Shown: positions 30,068 to 39,903 of the stretch, piece by piece
Layout: each line of letters begins with the position of its first letter
Numbering within the stretch: position 1 is the first letter of the stretch
Source of the DNA: Dehalococcoidia bacterium
Lineage (GTDB): Bacteria; Chloroflexota; Dehalococcoidia; SM23-28-2; RBG-16-64-32
NCBI GenBank assembly: GCA_963665775.2
Contig: CAXXTF010000002.1
Coordinates: forward strand, 1,312,001 to 1,376,000
DNA length: 64,000 nt
Reading direction: 5' to 3'
Made by a program: the position numbers and the translations under genes
The notes under the pieces: model-generated
The model's database searches: none
The model's input: the letters and a program-made list of their open reading frames with translations, nothing else
Told to the model about the DNA's origin: nothing

Positions 30068-30155
30068 AGACCCTTCGCTGAGTTTATCCTGAGCGTAGCC
30101 GAAGGGCTCAGGGCGACATCTACGACAGCATCATTCTGAGCGAACCGAAGAATCC
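30068..30155. repeat. REP-like palindromic doublet, copy 1
   Basis: Reverse complement GTCGCCCTGAGCCCTTCGGCTACGCTCAGGATAAACTC matches 41243-41280; second half TCATTCTGAGCGAACCGAAGAATCC. Confidence 0.8.
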
Positions 30156-30227
30156 CCACGGAGCGATCACCCGATCAGCCCCTACCCGGGCACGAGCGAT
30201 GCCGGGCCGGCATCCACCCCAGCACCC

Positions 30228-31877
30228 CTATTCGACGGAGACGATGTACTGATAGTGCGGCTGCCCGCCGAACACCACCTCCACCTCGTGGGCAGGGTAG
30301 CGCTCTCGCAGCTCCTCGGCCAGGGCCTCAGCCCCGGCCTGAACGATCTCGGCGCCATAGTAGAGGGTTACCAGGCTATTTCCTTCGCCGACCAGCCCCT
30401 CCAGGGCTCGACCTACAGCCTCCTCGGCCGACTCCGCCACCAGCCTCAGCTCATCGTCCACGATGGCAATGATCTCACCCTCCGTCACCATTACCTCGCG
30501 AAGGCTGGTAGAACGAGCAGCGCGACACACCTCTACCGTCCGCACGCCTTCCCGTGCCGCCCCCATCGCCCGCACGTTCGCCTCCAGATCGGCGTCCTGA
30601 CTCAGCGCCAGCAAGGCAGCGACGCCCTGGGGGATAGACCGCGAATGCACAACCCGCATCCGCTTCTTGGTCAGCGCCGCGCCCTGCTCCGCGGCCATGA
30701 TGATGTTCTTATCGTTGGGCAGCACGATAACGTCGTCCCTGGGGCAATCCTCCACCGCCGCCAGAATGTCCCCAGTGCTGGGATTCATCGTCGGCCCGCC
30801 GGACAGCACCCGGTCACAACCCAGGCTGCGGAACACCTCCGCCATCCCCTCCCCCGCAACCACCGCCACCGAGGAGATCGGCCCGGCTTCCGGCTCGGCC
30901 TCCCGCCGCGACTCGTGCCCCTCCAGGAAACGGTCCGCCTGCCGCCGGATGTTGTCCACCTTCACCTGAATCAGGCCCCCGATGTCCGTCCCGTAGCTCA
31001 GCACGGCCCCGGGGTCATCCGTGTGCAGATGCACCCGCACGACGCGATCCTCTCCCACCACCAGCACGGAGTCGCCCAGCTCAAGCATCCGATCCCGGAT
31101 GGAATCGGGCTCCAGCGCCTCACCGCCGATAAGGATCTCCGTGCAGTAGCCGTACAGCGACTCCTCGACATCGTGGATCTGCTCGGTGACAGCCAACCAA
31201 TCGCTGCCCACACGCTCCCCGACAGCGGCGACCGCCACGTCCAGCGGTTCGCCCTTCAAGCCGCGAAGCATCCCTTCCAACAGCACGCATAGCCCCTGGC
31301 CGCCGGCGTCCACCACACCCGCATCGGCCAGCACGGGCAGGAGCGTGGGCGTCCTAGCCACGCTATCCCTGGCCGCGGCTACCGCCACCTCCAGCAACTC
31401 AACGATATCCCGCTGGCCGCCGCTCAGGCTCTCCCGCGCGGCCTGGGCCACCTCCCGCATCACGGTCAGGATCGTGCCCTCCACCGGCTTGGTCACCGCC
31501 CTGTAGGCCACCGACGATCCTTCCTCCAGGCCCAGCACGAGCGCCTCGGCGTCGAGCGTCTCGGCCCCATCCGCTGCCTGCGCCATACCCCGAACGATCT
31601 GGGAGAGGATAACGCCGGAGTTCCCGCGGGCCCCCATGAGCGCCCCGTAGGAGAGGGCCGCCAGTATCGCCCCCACGCCCTCCTCCCCACAGCGCTCCGC
31701 CTCCTCCAGGGTAGAACGCATGGTAAGGTGCATGTTCGTGCCGGTATCCCCGTCCGGCACGGGGAACACGTTGATCGCGTTCACCTGCTCCACGTGTCGC
31801 TCCAGCCAGGCGGCGGCGGCGGCGAACGATTCTCGCAGTTGGGAACCGGACAGGGTTTCCAGAGTAGGGGTGGTCAT
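30228..31877 (-). CDS. DAK2-domain fatty acid kinase subunit (FakA/YloV family)
   Basis: NVFPVPDGDTGTNM, GARGNSGVILSQ, GVVDAGG, GGQPHY; neighbours degV and rpmB. Confidence 0.92.
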   Translation of the reverse strand: MTTPTLETLSGSQLRESFAAAAAWLERHVEQVNAINVFPVPDGDTGTNMHLTMRSTLEEAERCGEEGVGAILAALSYGALMGARGNSGVILSQIVRGMAQAADGAETLDAEALVLGLEEGSSVAYRAVTKPVEGTILTVMREVAQAARESLSGGQRDIVELLEVAVAAARDSVARTPTLLPVLADAGVVDAGGQGLCVLLEGMLRGLKGEPLDVAVAAVGERVGSDWLAVTEQIHDVEESLYGYCTEILIGGEALEPDSIRDRMLELGDSVLVVGEDRVVRVHLHTDDPGAVLSYGTDIGGLIQVKVDNIRRQADRFLEGHESRREAEPEAGPISSVAVVAGEGMAEVFRSLGCDRVLSGGPTMNPSTGDILAAVEDCPRDDVIVLPNDKNIIMAAEQGAALTKKRMRVVHSRSIPQGVAALLALSQDADLEANVRAMGAAREGVRTVEVCRAARSTSLREVMVTEGEIIAIVDDELRLVAESAEEAVGRALEGLVGEGNSLVTLYYGAEIVQAGAEALAEELRERYPAHEVEVVFGGQPHYQYIVSVE

Positions 31878-31999
31878 AGCTAGCCTAACCCCGGCGATGT
31901 AGAAACAGGGGACTCACCTTGCTCCTACGGAAGCGGGATGATACCATGCGTGCTGCTGCATTCTAGCAAGCCCTATTTCAGGGGTAAAGGGGACTATCG

Positions 32000-32218
32000 G
32001 TGGCGAAATGCGACGTCTGCGGTAAAGGCACCAGCTTCGGCCGCAACATCCGGCACAAGCACTCAGGTCGCTGGGAGCGCAAGGCGCCCCGGACGAACCG
32101 CACGTTCAAGGCGAACATTCAGAAGAGGAACGTCATCGTTGGCGGCGTGCCCGTGCGCCTGAGCATCTGCACCCGCTGCCTGCGCACCTCCCTCAAGACG
32201 ACCAAGACGACGGCCTAG
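32000..32218 (+). CDS. rpmB: 50S ribosomal protein L28
   Basis: AKCDVCGK...TNRTFKANIQ...CTRCLRT. Confidence 0.95.
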   Translation: MAKCDVCGKGTSFGRNIRHKHSGRWERKAPRTNRTFKANIQKRNVIVGGVPVRLSICTRCLRTSLKTTKTTA

Positions 32219-32226
32219 GGGCGACC

Positions 32227-32910
32227 TTACACCCCCCGCTCGACCCGCGCCAGCGCCTCCTGCAGGCGCACCATATTGTCGGCCACAGACGCACGGTCGT
32301 TGAACACGGCCGAGGCCGCCACCAGCACGTTGGCCCCCGCCGCCGAGCAGCGGGGCGCGACCTCCGGGGTCACCCCCCCGTCCACCTCGATCTCGGCCCC
32401 CAGGCCCCCCTCATCGATGAGCTGTCGCAGGCGTCGCACCTTCTCCAGCGCCCCCTCGATGAACCGCTGGCCGGACCAGCCGGGGTTCACGCTCATCACC
32501 ATCACCTGGTCCACCTCCGGCAGGATCCCCTCCAAGGCGCCGACCGGCGTCCCCGGGTTCAGACAGATCCCCGCCCGCTTGCCGCGGGCCCGCACCTCCT
32601 GAGCGATGCGGTGGGGGTGAACGGTCGCTTCCACGTGCACGTTGATGATGTCGCCACCGGCGTCCATGAACGCCCCCATGTGGCGCTCTGGCTCCACCAC
32701 CATCAGGTGGATGTCCAGGGTCAGCGAGGTGACCCGCCGCACCGCCTCCACGACGGGCGTGCCCATGGAGATGACGGGTACGAACCGCCCGTCCATCACA
32801 TCGATGTGGATGTACGCCGCCCCCGCGGCCTCTGCCTCGCGCACCTGCTCCCCCAGCCGCCCGAAGTCCGCCGAGAGGATGGAGGGGGCGAGCTTAACGC
32901 CGTTCGTCAT
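32227..32910 (-). CDS. rpe: Ribulose-phosphate 3-epimerase
   Basis: LAPSILSADF, HIDVMDGRFVP, MSVNPG, EVDGG; ATG overlaps argH stop. Confidence 0.95.
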   Translation of the reverse strand: MTNGVKLAPSILSADFGRLGEQVREAEAAGAAYIHIDVMDGRFVPVISMGTPVVEAVRRVTSLTLDIHLMVVEPERHMGAFMDAGGDIINVHVEATVHPHRIAQEVRARGKRAGICLNPGTPVGALEGILPEVDQVMVMSVNPGWSGQRFIEGALEKVRRLRQLIDEGGLGAEIEVDGGVTPEVAPRCSAAGANVLVAASAVFNDRASVADNMVRLQEALARVERGV

Positions 32911-34292
32911 TGCGCTGTCTCCAGCCGCTGTCGGGCCCGCTTGAGGGCCGCCGCCACCTGCCTCGATGACGTGCCGCCGGGCGCGTCCCGGGCCTCGATG
33001 GCCGACCACACGTCCAGCCGCAGCACGTCCTCCTCGAACAGGGGCGAGAAACCTCGGTACTCCTCCAGAGTCAGCTCGTTCAGCGCCTTGCCTTCAGACT
33101 CAGCCTTCCGCACCAGCTCAGCCACCGCCTGGTGCGCCTCCCGGAAGGGCACCCCTTTGCGGACCAGGTAATCTGCCACGTCGGTCGCCACGGTATAGGA
33201 GCCAGCGGCAGCAGCCTCTGCCCTGGCGGCGTTCACGCGCAGCGCCGGCAACAGCGCCGCCAGCACCTCCAGGCTCGGAAGCAGCGTATCCACCGTGTCG
33301 AACAGCGGCTCCTTATCCTCCTGCAGGTCGCGATTGTAGGCCAGGGGCAGCCCCTTGAGCGTCGTCAGGATCGCCATCAGGTTTCCGTAAACACGGCCGG
33401 TGCGGCCGCGGGCCAGCTCGGCCACGTCCGGGTTCCGCTTCTGAGGCATGATGCTCGATCCGGTGGCGAACTCCCTCGGCAGCTCGATGAATCCGAACTC
33501 GCCGCTCGACCACAAGACGATCTCCTCCGCCAGCCGCGAGAGGTGCATCATCGTGATCGCCGCCGCCGCCTGGAACTCCACCACGAAGTCGCGGTCGGCC
33601 ACGGCGTCCACGCTGTTCTCGGCGATGCGCGAGAACCCCAGTTCCCGCGCCACGAACTCGCGATCGATCGGGTATGGCACGCCGGCCAGGGCACCTGAGC
33701 CAAGGGGCAGCTCATCGGCTCGGCCACGGCAGTCGGCGAACCGCCCGGCGTCCCTCTCCAGCATCTGGAAGTAGGCCAGCAGGTGATGGGCCAGCAGCAG
33801 GGGCTGTGCCCGCTGCAAGTGGGTGTAGCCGGGCACTACCGTCTCCTGGCTGACCTCCGCCAGCTTCAGCAGGGCCGCCAGCAGCCCCGTGAGCCCCGCT
33901 ATCGCACCGTCACAGGCCTCCATGACGAACAGACGCACATCCGTGGCCACCTGGTCGTTGCGGGAGCGCGCTGTAGGCAGCCGGCCGGCCGCCTCGCCGA
34001 TCTTCTCGCGCAGGCGCGCCTCGATGTTCAGATGGATGTCCTCCAGCTCCTGGAGGAAGGAAAATTCGCCCCGCTCGATCTCCTGGCCTATCTCCTCCAA
34101 ACCTCGCTCGATGGCTTCAGCATCGGCGGCAGGGATGATCCCCTGCCGGGCGAGCATGCGGGCGTGCGCTATGGAGCCGGCGATGTCGTGCCGGTACAGC
34201 CGACGGTCAAATGCGACGGACGCCGTGTAGGCCAGGGCCAGCCGGTTCAGGCCGCTGGCGGTAGGGCTTTCGACAGGGTTACGTTCGGACAT
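32907..34292 (-). CDS. argH: Argininosuccinate lyase
   Basis: RSRNDQ, PGYTHLQRAQP, GSSIMPQKRNPD, YNRDLQEDK; TATAAT about 9 bp upstream of ATG. Confidence 0.96.
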   Translation of the reverse strand: MSERNPVESPTASGLNRLALAYTASVAFDRRLYRHDIAGSIAHARMLARQGIIPAADAEAIERGLEEIGQEIERGEFSFLQELEDIHLNIEARLREKIGEAAGRLPTARSRNDQVATDVRLFVMEACDGAIAGLTGLLAALLKLAEVSQETVVPGYTHLQRAQPLLLAHHLLAYFQMLERDAGRFADCRGRADELPLGSGALAGVPYPIDREFVARELGFSRIAENSVDAVADRDFVVEFQAAAAITMMHLSRLAEEIVLWSSGEFGFIELPREFATGSSIMPQKRNPDVAELARGRTGRVYGNLMAILTTLKGLPLAYNRDLQEDKEPLFDTVDTLLPSLEVLAALLPALRVNAARAEAAAAGSYTVATDVADYLVRKGVPFREAHQAVAELVRKAESEGKALNELTLEEYRGFSPLFEEDVLRLDVWSAIEARDAPGGTSSRQVAAALKRARQRLETAQ

Positions 34293-34353
34293 TGCGGGCT
34301 CATTATACGCCACGACGCCGCACGGGCCTTATACGAAGCCTTGCCGCCAGCAC

Positions 34354-35130
34354 CTAGCCAAAGATGGGCAGGCCCTTCAGATCGCTAAGCGTTTCGATGA
34401 CGTAGTCGGGAACGACGGACGCCGGCGGCTCCGGCCTGTCCTCCGTCTCCCGCGCGTCTTCCCTGGGCGCGGGAGACCGCCACACGGCGGTCATCCGCAG
34501 CGCCTGCGCCCCCTCCACGTCGCCCCGCAGGCTGTCACCCACCATGACCGCCGCCTCCGGCTCGATCCCCATATGGTCGAGGGCGTGCTGGAAGATGCGG
34601 GGATGCGGCTTCAGGTACCCCACCTGACAGGACATGGCAACGACTTCGAACAGCTCCGCCAGCCCCAACTCCCGCATCTCCTGCTGGAAGCGCAGTCCAT
34701 CCCAACCCCGGTTCGTCACCGAACCCAGCCGGTAGCCCCTCTCCTTGAGCCAGCGCAGGGTCTCCAGGACATCCGGGAAGAGCGTTCGCCCCACGAAGGC
34801 GCCTTCCAGGTTCCAGGCCTCCCATAGCTCCTCCGACTGCTCCGGCGTCAGCGCCAAGCCGTGCCCAGCGGAGACGCGGCGGCAAACGTCCGGATAGCCG
34901 GGGTCCCGGCAGTCGCCGTGAAAGGCCTCTCCCGTTGCCTCCTCCGTGGCCGCCCGGATATCGCGAGCCAGGAAGAAGCGCTCCGGCGTCACCTCGAACC
35001 CCCAACGCCTCAGGAGACCGAAGATGCGCCGCCGCGTCTCCGCCGCCACCACATCCTGAGGCGGCCGGTCCGGGAAATGCCACAACGTGTTGCCCAGGTC
35101 GAAGAGGACAGCAATGATCCGAGCGGTCAT
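34354..35130 (-). CDS. HAD-family hydrolase
   Basis: FDLGNTL, KPHPRIF, MVGDS...D. Confidence 0.88.
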   Translation of the reverse strand: MTARIIAVLFDLGNTLWHFPDRPPQDVVAAETRRRIFGLLRRWGFEVTPERFFLARDIRAATEEATGEAFHGDCRDPGYPDVCRRVSAGHGLALTPEQSEELWEAWNLEGAFVGRTLFPDVLETLRWLKERGYRLGSVTNRGWDGLRFQQEMRELGLAELFEVVAMSCQVGYLKPHPRIFQHALDHMGIEPEAAVMVGDSLRGDVEGAQALRMTAVWRSPAPREDARETEDRPEPPASVVPDYVIETLSDLKGLPIFG

Positions 35131-35252
35131 GACGCCCGGATGAAGGTGACCACCTGGCGCGCCAAATCGACCTGAGCGAACGATAGGATAACGGTCCCCT
35201 CCGTCCGCGCGGAATCACCCAGGAACTTGGCCAAGGGGCCGTATTTAGGCAT
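35127..35252 (-). CDS. 41-aa small ORF, possibly an internally deleted gene remnant
   Basis: MPKYGPLAKFLGDSARTEGTVILSFAQVDLARQVVTFIRAS; ATGA overlap with HAD start. Confidence 0.5.
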   Translation of the reverse strand: MPKYGPLAKFLGDSARTEGTVILSFAQVDLARQVVTFIRAS

Positions 35253-35306
35253 CACCGCCCGCCTTGCGGACACCTAACACAAACGGTACGGTGGCGACGG
35301 TCGGAG

Positions 35307-36515
35307 TCACTTCTCTTCCTCCTCCAGCATCTGCGCCCTGGCTTGCACGCGCACCGGCAGTCCCCAGATGTGTATGAAGCCGGGCGCCGCCGTCCGGTCG
35401 AAGGCGTCCTCCTTATCGTACGTCGCCAGGGAGAAATCGTACAGGCTCCGGGGCGACTTCCGTCCCACCACCGTCGCGCTCCCCTTGTGTAGCCTCACCC
35501 GCACCAGCCCGCTGACGTGCCGCTGGCTGGACTGCACGTAGGCCGCCATGTCCTGATGATGCGCCGTGAACCACAGCCCGTTGTAGATCAGCTCCGCGTA
35601 TTCCTGGGCGATACGCGCCTTCAGCCGTATCTGATCCTTAGACAGCGTCAGCGCCTCCAGCCCCTCGTGGGCGGCCAGCAGGGTCACCGCCGCCGGCGCC
35701 TCGTATATCTCGCGCGACTTGATCCCCACCAGCCGGTCCTCCACCATGTCCACCCTTCCCACCCCGTGCTCGCCGGCCAGTTCGTTCAGCCCCTTCACCA
35801 GTGACACGGCATCGATCTCCCGACCGTCCAATGAGACCGGCAGCCCGCGCTCGAAGCCGATCTCCACGTAGGCCGGCTTCTCCGGCGCCTCCACCGGCGA
35901 CTTCGTCCAGGCGTAGATCTCGGCCGGCGGCTCCTGCCAGGGGTCCTCCAGCCGCCCGCACTCGATGCTGCGCCCCCACAGGTTCTCGTCGATGCTGTAC
36001 GGGCTCGCCTTCGTCACCGACACGGGGATGGCATGCTCCTGGGCATAGACGATCTCCCCCTCGCGATCCATATCCCATTCCCGCAGCGGCGCCACGATCT
36101 GTAGCTCCGGCGCCAGCGCCTGCACTGACACGTCCAAGCGCACCTGATCATTCCCCTTGCCGGTGCAGCCGTGGGCCACCGCCGTTGCCCCCTCCGCCTT
36201 CGCCGCCGCCACCATCTCCCGAGCGATGAGGGGCCGCGACAGGGCCGTGGCCAGAGGGTAGTGCCCTTCGTAGCGAGCCCCCGCCGCCAGGGCCGGGAAG
36301 GCGAAGTGCCGCAGGAACGTCTCCTGAGTGTCCTGCCACAGACACTTGGCCGCCCCCGCCGCCATCGCCCGCGAACGCAGCGCCTCCCGCTCCCGGTCCA
36401 TCCCGACGTCCACCGTAAGGGCGACAACGTCGTAGCCCCGCTCCTCCTTCAGCCAGCGGATGGCCACGGAGGTGTCGAGGCCGCCGGAATAGGCCAGCAC
36501 TATCTTCTCAGACAT
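35307..36515 (-). CDS. argG: Argininosuccinate synthase
   Basis: LAYSGGLDTS, HGCTGKGNDQVR, SIDENLWGRSIE, GIKSREIYE. Confidence 0.97.
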   Translation of the reverse strand: MSEKIVLAYSGGLDTSVAIRWLKEERGYDVVALTVDVGMDREREALRSRAMAAGAAKCLWQDTQETFLRHFAFPALAAGARYEGHYPLATALSRPLIAREMVAAAKAEGATAVAHGCTGKGNDQVRLDVSVQALAPELQIVAPLREWDMDREGEIVYAQEHAIPVSVTKASPYSIDENLWGRSIECGRLEDPWQEPPAEIYAWTKSPVEAPEKPAYVEIGFERGLPVSLDGREIDAVSLVKGLNELAGEHGVGRVDMVEDRLVGIKSREIYEAPAAVTLLAAHEGLEALTLSKDQIRLKARIAQEYAELIYNGLWFTAHHQDMAAYVQSSQRHVSGLVRVRLHKGSATVVGRKSPRSLYDFSLATYDKEDAFDRTAAPGFIHIWGLPVRVQARAQMLEEEEK

Positions 36516-36524
36516 ATCTCACCC

Positions 36525-37727
36525 TCACTTCGATGCGTCAGCCTCGATGCCGGCCAGCACCCGGTCCAGGATCTCCACCGCCTGATCGATCTCGCCCTCG
36601 CTCACCGTCAGGGGCGGCATCAGCCGCAGGGCCGTGGGCTTCACGTTGTTGGCCAGCAACCCGCCCGCCAGGCAGAGACGCACCGCCTCCTCCGCCGCCT
36701 CGCGGCCCAGCTCGACGGCCCACAGCAGCCCCCTGCCCCGCACCTCCGTCACGATCGGATGCCGGTCCGCCAGCGAGTGCAGCCGTCGCTCCAGATGCTC
36801 GCCCTTGCGGGCCACCTGGGCCGAAAGATCATGCTCGATGACGTACTTCACGACCGCGTATCCGACCGCCGTGGCCAGCGGGTTACCGCCGAAGGTGGTG
36901 CCATGCTCCCCCACGCCCAGCGCGGAGCAGTGCTCCTTGACCAGGAAGGCGCCGATAGGGAAGCCGCCGCCTAGCCCCTTGGCCAACGCCATCACGTCCG
37001 GCTCTACCCCGTAGAGCTGGTGCGCGAACAGCTTCCCTGTGCGCCCGATCCCCGTCTGCACCTCGTCCAGCATCAGGAGGAGCCCCGCCTCGTCGCACCA
37101 GGCTCGGACCTGGCGCAGATAGCCGTCGGCGGGCACGTTGACGCCGCCCTCGCCCTGAATCGGCTCCAGGAGGACGGCCGCCGTCCTCTCCGTCGTCGCC
37201 TTCCTGATCGCCTCCGCATCGTTGAAGGGCACCCGCACGAACCCCTCGGGCAACGGCGTAAAAGGGGCCCGATACTTCTCCGTACTGCCGGCCGTCAGCG
37301 TAGCCAGCGTACGGCCGTGAAAGGAACCCTCCGCCACGATGATCTCGGAGGCGCCGTCGCGCTTCTCCTTCCCCCACTTGCGGGCCAGCTTGATGCAGCC
37401 CTCCACCGCCTCCGCGCCGCTATTGCAGAAGAACGCCTTATCCAGGCAGCTGTTCTCGCACAGGAGCTGGGCCAGCTTGAGCTGCGGGATCGTGTAGTAG
37501 ATGTTGGAGACCTGCATCAGCTCCCGCGCCTGCTCCGTCACCGCCTTCACCACCGCTGGATGGCTATGACCGAGGCTCACCACCGCGATTCCGGCCACAA
37601 AGTCCAGATATTCGCGGCCCGCGTCGTCCCAGACGCGGCTGCCCTCACCTCGCACCAGCGTCACCGGCAGCCGCTTACCGGTAGGGAGAAAGTAACGACT
37701 CTCCAGCTCGATCCAGTTCTCGCCCAT
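36525..37727 (-). CDS. argD: Acetylornithine aminotransferase
   Basis: NSGAEAVE, FHGRT, EPIQGEGG, DEVQTG, AKGLGGG; arg operon context. Confidence 0.92.
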   Translation of the reverse strand: MGENWIELESRYFLPTGKRLPVTLVRGEGSRVWDDAGREYLDFVAGIAVVSLGHSHPAVVKAVTEQARELMQVSNIYYTIPQLKLAQLLCENSCLDKAFFCNSGAEAVEGCIKLARKWGKEKRDGASEIIVAEGSFHGRTLATLTAGSTEKYRAPFTPLPEGFVRVPFNDAEAIRKATTERTAAVLLEPIQGEGGVNVPADGYLRQVRAWCDEAGLLLMLDEVQTGIGRTGKLFAHQLYGVEPDVMALAKGLGGGFPIGAFLVKEHCSALGVGEHGTTFGGNPLATAVGYAVVKYVIEHDLSAQVARKGEHLERRLHSLADRHPIVTEVRGRGLLWAVELGREAAEEAVRLCLAGGLLANNVKPTALRLMPPLTVSEGEIDQAVEILDRVLAGIEADASK

Positions 37728-37740
37728 CCTTACTCCCCCT

Positions 37741-38517
37741 TCATCCTACGATGGTCCCTGCCGGCTCGCCCTCCACAAGGGAGAGCAGGGCGTGCTCGTG
37801 GCGGCCATCGGCGATCACGCTGAGGCTCCCCGACCGGGCCGCCTGCAGACAGGCCTCCACCTTGGGGATCATGCCCCCCTCCACGACACCGGAATCGATA
37901 AGCCGGGCCGCTTCCTCGACCGAGAGGCGGGCAGCAGTCTGACCGTCGTCGGAGCGGACGCCTTCCACATCGGTCAGAAAGGCCAGCCAGCGCGCCCCCA
38001 GCGCCGCGGCCACGGCACCGGCCGCGGTGTCGGCGTTCGTGTTCAGAAGCTGATCCGTGGGCCGCTCCCCCTCCCACTGCGCGGCCACCGGCGCCACCAC
38101 CGGCACGTATCCGTCGTCCAGCAGCCGCAGGAGAGGACGGCTATCCACCATGTCCACATCCCCCACGAAACCCAGCCTCTCATCGCGAATGTGGGCCCGC
38201 AGCAGCCCGCCGTCCGCCCCCGAAAGGCCGACGGCGCGTCCCCCCAGGGCCGCCAGAGATGCCACCAGCGTCTTATTAACCAGCCCGGCCAGCACGGCCA
38301 CCACAACCTCCAGCGACTCGCCGTCCGTAACGCGCAGGCCCCGCTCGAACCGAGTAGGCACGTTATGTCTAGACAGCCACTCGCTGATGAGGGCGCCCCC
38401 TCCGTGCACCACCACCGGTCGCAGCCCTCGACGCTGGAGCGCCACCAGATCCTCCAGCGCCGTGTCGTGGCTGCCCAGGGTGGAGCCGCCTATCTTCACC
38501 ACCAGAATGTCAGACAT
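37741..38517 (-). CDS. argB: Acetylglutamate kinase
   Basis: VVKIGG, VHGGG, GLRVTD, NADTAA, GGMIPK. Confidence 0.95.
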   Translation of the reverse strand: MSDILVVKIGGSTLGSHDTALEDLVALQRRGLRPVVVHGGGALISEWLSRHNVPTRFERGLRVTDGESLEVVVAVLAGLVNKTLVASLAALGGRAVGLSGADGGLLRAHIRDERLGFVGDVDMVDSRPLLRLLDDGYVPVVAPVAAQWEGERPTDQLLNTNADTAAGAVAAALGARWLAFLTDVEGVRSDDGQTAARLSVEEAARLIDSGVVEGGMIPKVEACLQAARSGSLSVIADGRHEHALLSLVEGEPAGTIVG

Positions 38518-38645
38518 GCCTTCCCATCCTGGCATCTCCTCCGCCGCACCCTCTGGGCTGCGGCATCAATTCGCATTTGCCTGACCCGGCCTTCAGGCTG
38601 GGGTGGTCGCACAAGAACCCGTGTCCCATCTGTGCCCTGCTATCG

Positions 38646-39866
38646 CTAAGTAGTGTAAAGACTGTTCAGGCGCACGTACTCCTCCGTGATGTCCGAGCCC
38701 CAAGCCGTGGCCTCCGCCTCCCCCAGCCCCAGGCCCACCCGGATGCGCACCTCGCGCGGCGCCAGGCAGTCCGCCGCCTGTGCCTTGTCGTAGGGTTGCG
38801 GCGACCCGTCCCGAAACAGGCACAGCTCGCCGCCGTCAGGGGTGCCCAGATACAGCGCCACGCTCTCCTCCCCCATCTCGGCGCCGCTGTTCCCGACCGC
38901 CGCCAGGATACGGCCCCAGTTGGGGTCGCGCCCGTACACCGCCGTCTTCACGGCCAGCGAGCGTACCACCTCCCGCGCCGCCTTACGGGCGTCCGCCAGC
39001 GAGCGAGCGCCACCCACCTTCGCCTCGATCACCTTAGTCGAACCCTCAGCATCGGCCACGATGGCCCCGGCCAGATAGGTGCAGACCTGGGCCAGCGCCG
39101 AGGCGAAGGCGTCCGACCGGAGCTGTCCCCGGTCGATAGCCTCACCGCCACCCTGACCGTTGGCCAGCACCACCACCATGTCGTTCGTGCTGGTATCGCT
39201 GTCCACATCGATCATGTTGAAGGAGGCCGCCACCGCCTCCCCGAGGGTCTCTGCCAGGAACGCCGAGGCCACTGGCGCGTCGGTCGTGATGAAGGAGAGC
39301 ATCGTGGCCATGTTGGGATGGATCATGCCCGCCCCCTTGACCACGCCGCCCACCGTATACGCTCCGAATCGCACCGCGACACGCTTGGGCCGCGTGTCCG
39401 TAGTCATGATGGCGCGGGCGAAGTCCAGGCCACCCGCCGCCGAGAGCTCTATCCGCTCGACGCCGCGACGGATGCGATCCATGGGGAGGTAGGGGAGGCC
39501 GATGATCCCGGTTGAGGCCACCACCACGTCGTACGGGTCGACGTTCAACTTACTTGCGGCCAGCGCTGCCATCTCCACCGCATCCTGCATCCCCTGCTGG
39601 CCGGTAGCGGCGTTGGCGCAGCCACTGTTGGCGATGACCGCCTGCCCGCGGCCGCCAGCCAGGTGCTTCTGGGTGATCAGCAGAGGCGCCGCCTTCAGCC
39701 GGTTACTGGTGTAGACCCCGGCGGCCGTACAGGGCGTCTCCGAATAGAGGAGGCCCAGATCGAGCCTCTCAGCGTCCGGCCGGATATCGACCCTGGCGGC
39801 TCCGGCCAGGAAGCCAGCGGGCGTCGTTACGTCGCCATCCGCTATCAGTTCCGTATCTTCGACCAT
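38646..39866 (-). CDS. argJ: Ornithine acetyltransferase
   Basis: NSGCANA, IMTTD, KGAGMIHPNMATML, DTSTND, DPNWGRI. Confidence 0.96.
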   Translation of the reverse strand: MVEDTELIADGDVTTPAGFLAGAARVDIRPDAERLDLGLLYSETPCTAAGVYTSNRLKAAPLLITQKHLAGGRGQAVIANSGCANAATGQQGMQDAVEMAALAASKLNVDPYDVVVASTGIIGLPYLPMDRIRRGVERIELSAAGGLDFARAIMTTDTRPKRVAVRFGAYTVGGVVKGAGMIHPNMATMLSFITTDAPVASAFLAETLGEAVAASFNMIDVDSDTSTNDMVVVLANGQGGGEAIDRGQLRSDAFASALAQVCTYLAGAIVADAEGSTKVIEAKVGGARSLADARKAAREVVRSLAVKTAVYGRDPNWGRILAAVGNSGAEMGEESVALYLGTPDGGELCLFRDGSPQPYDKAQAADCLAPREVRIRVGLGLGEAEATAWGSDITEEYVRLNSLYTT

Positions 39867-39903
39867 CTTTTCAGACCCCCCTCAGGATACAGGCCGGCAG
39901 AGC

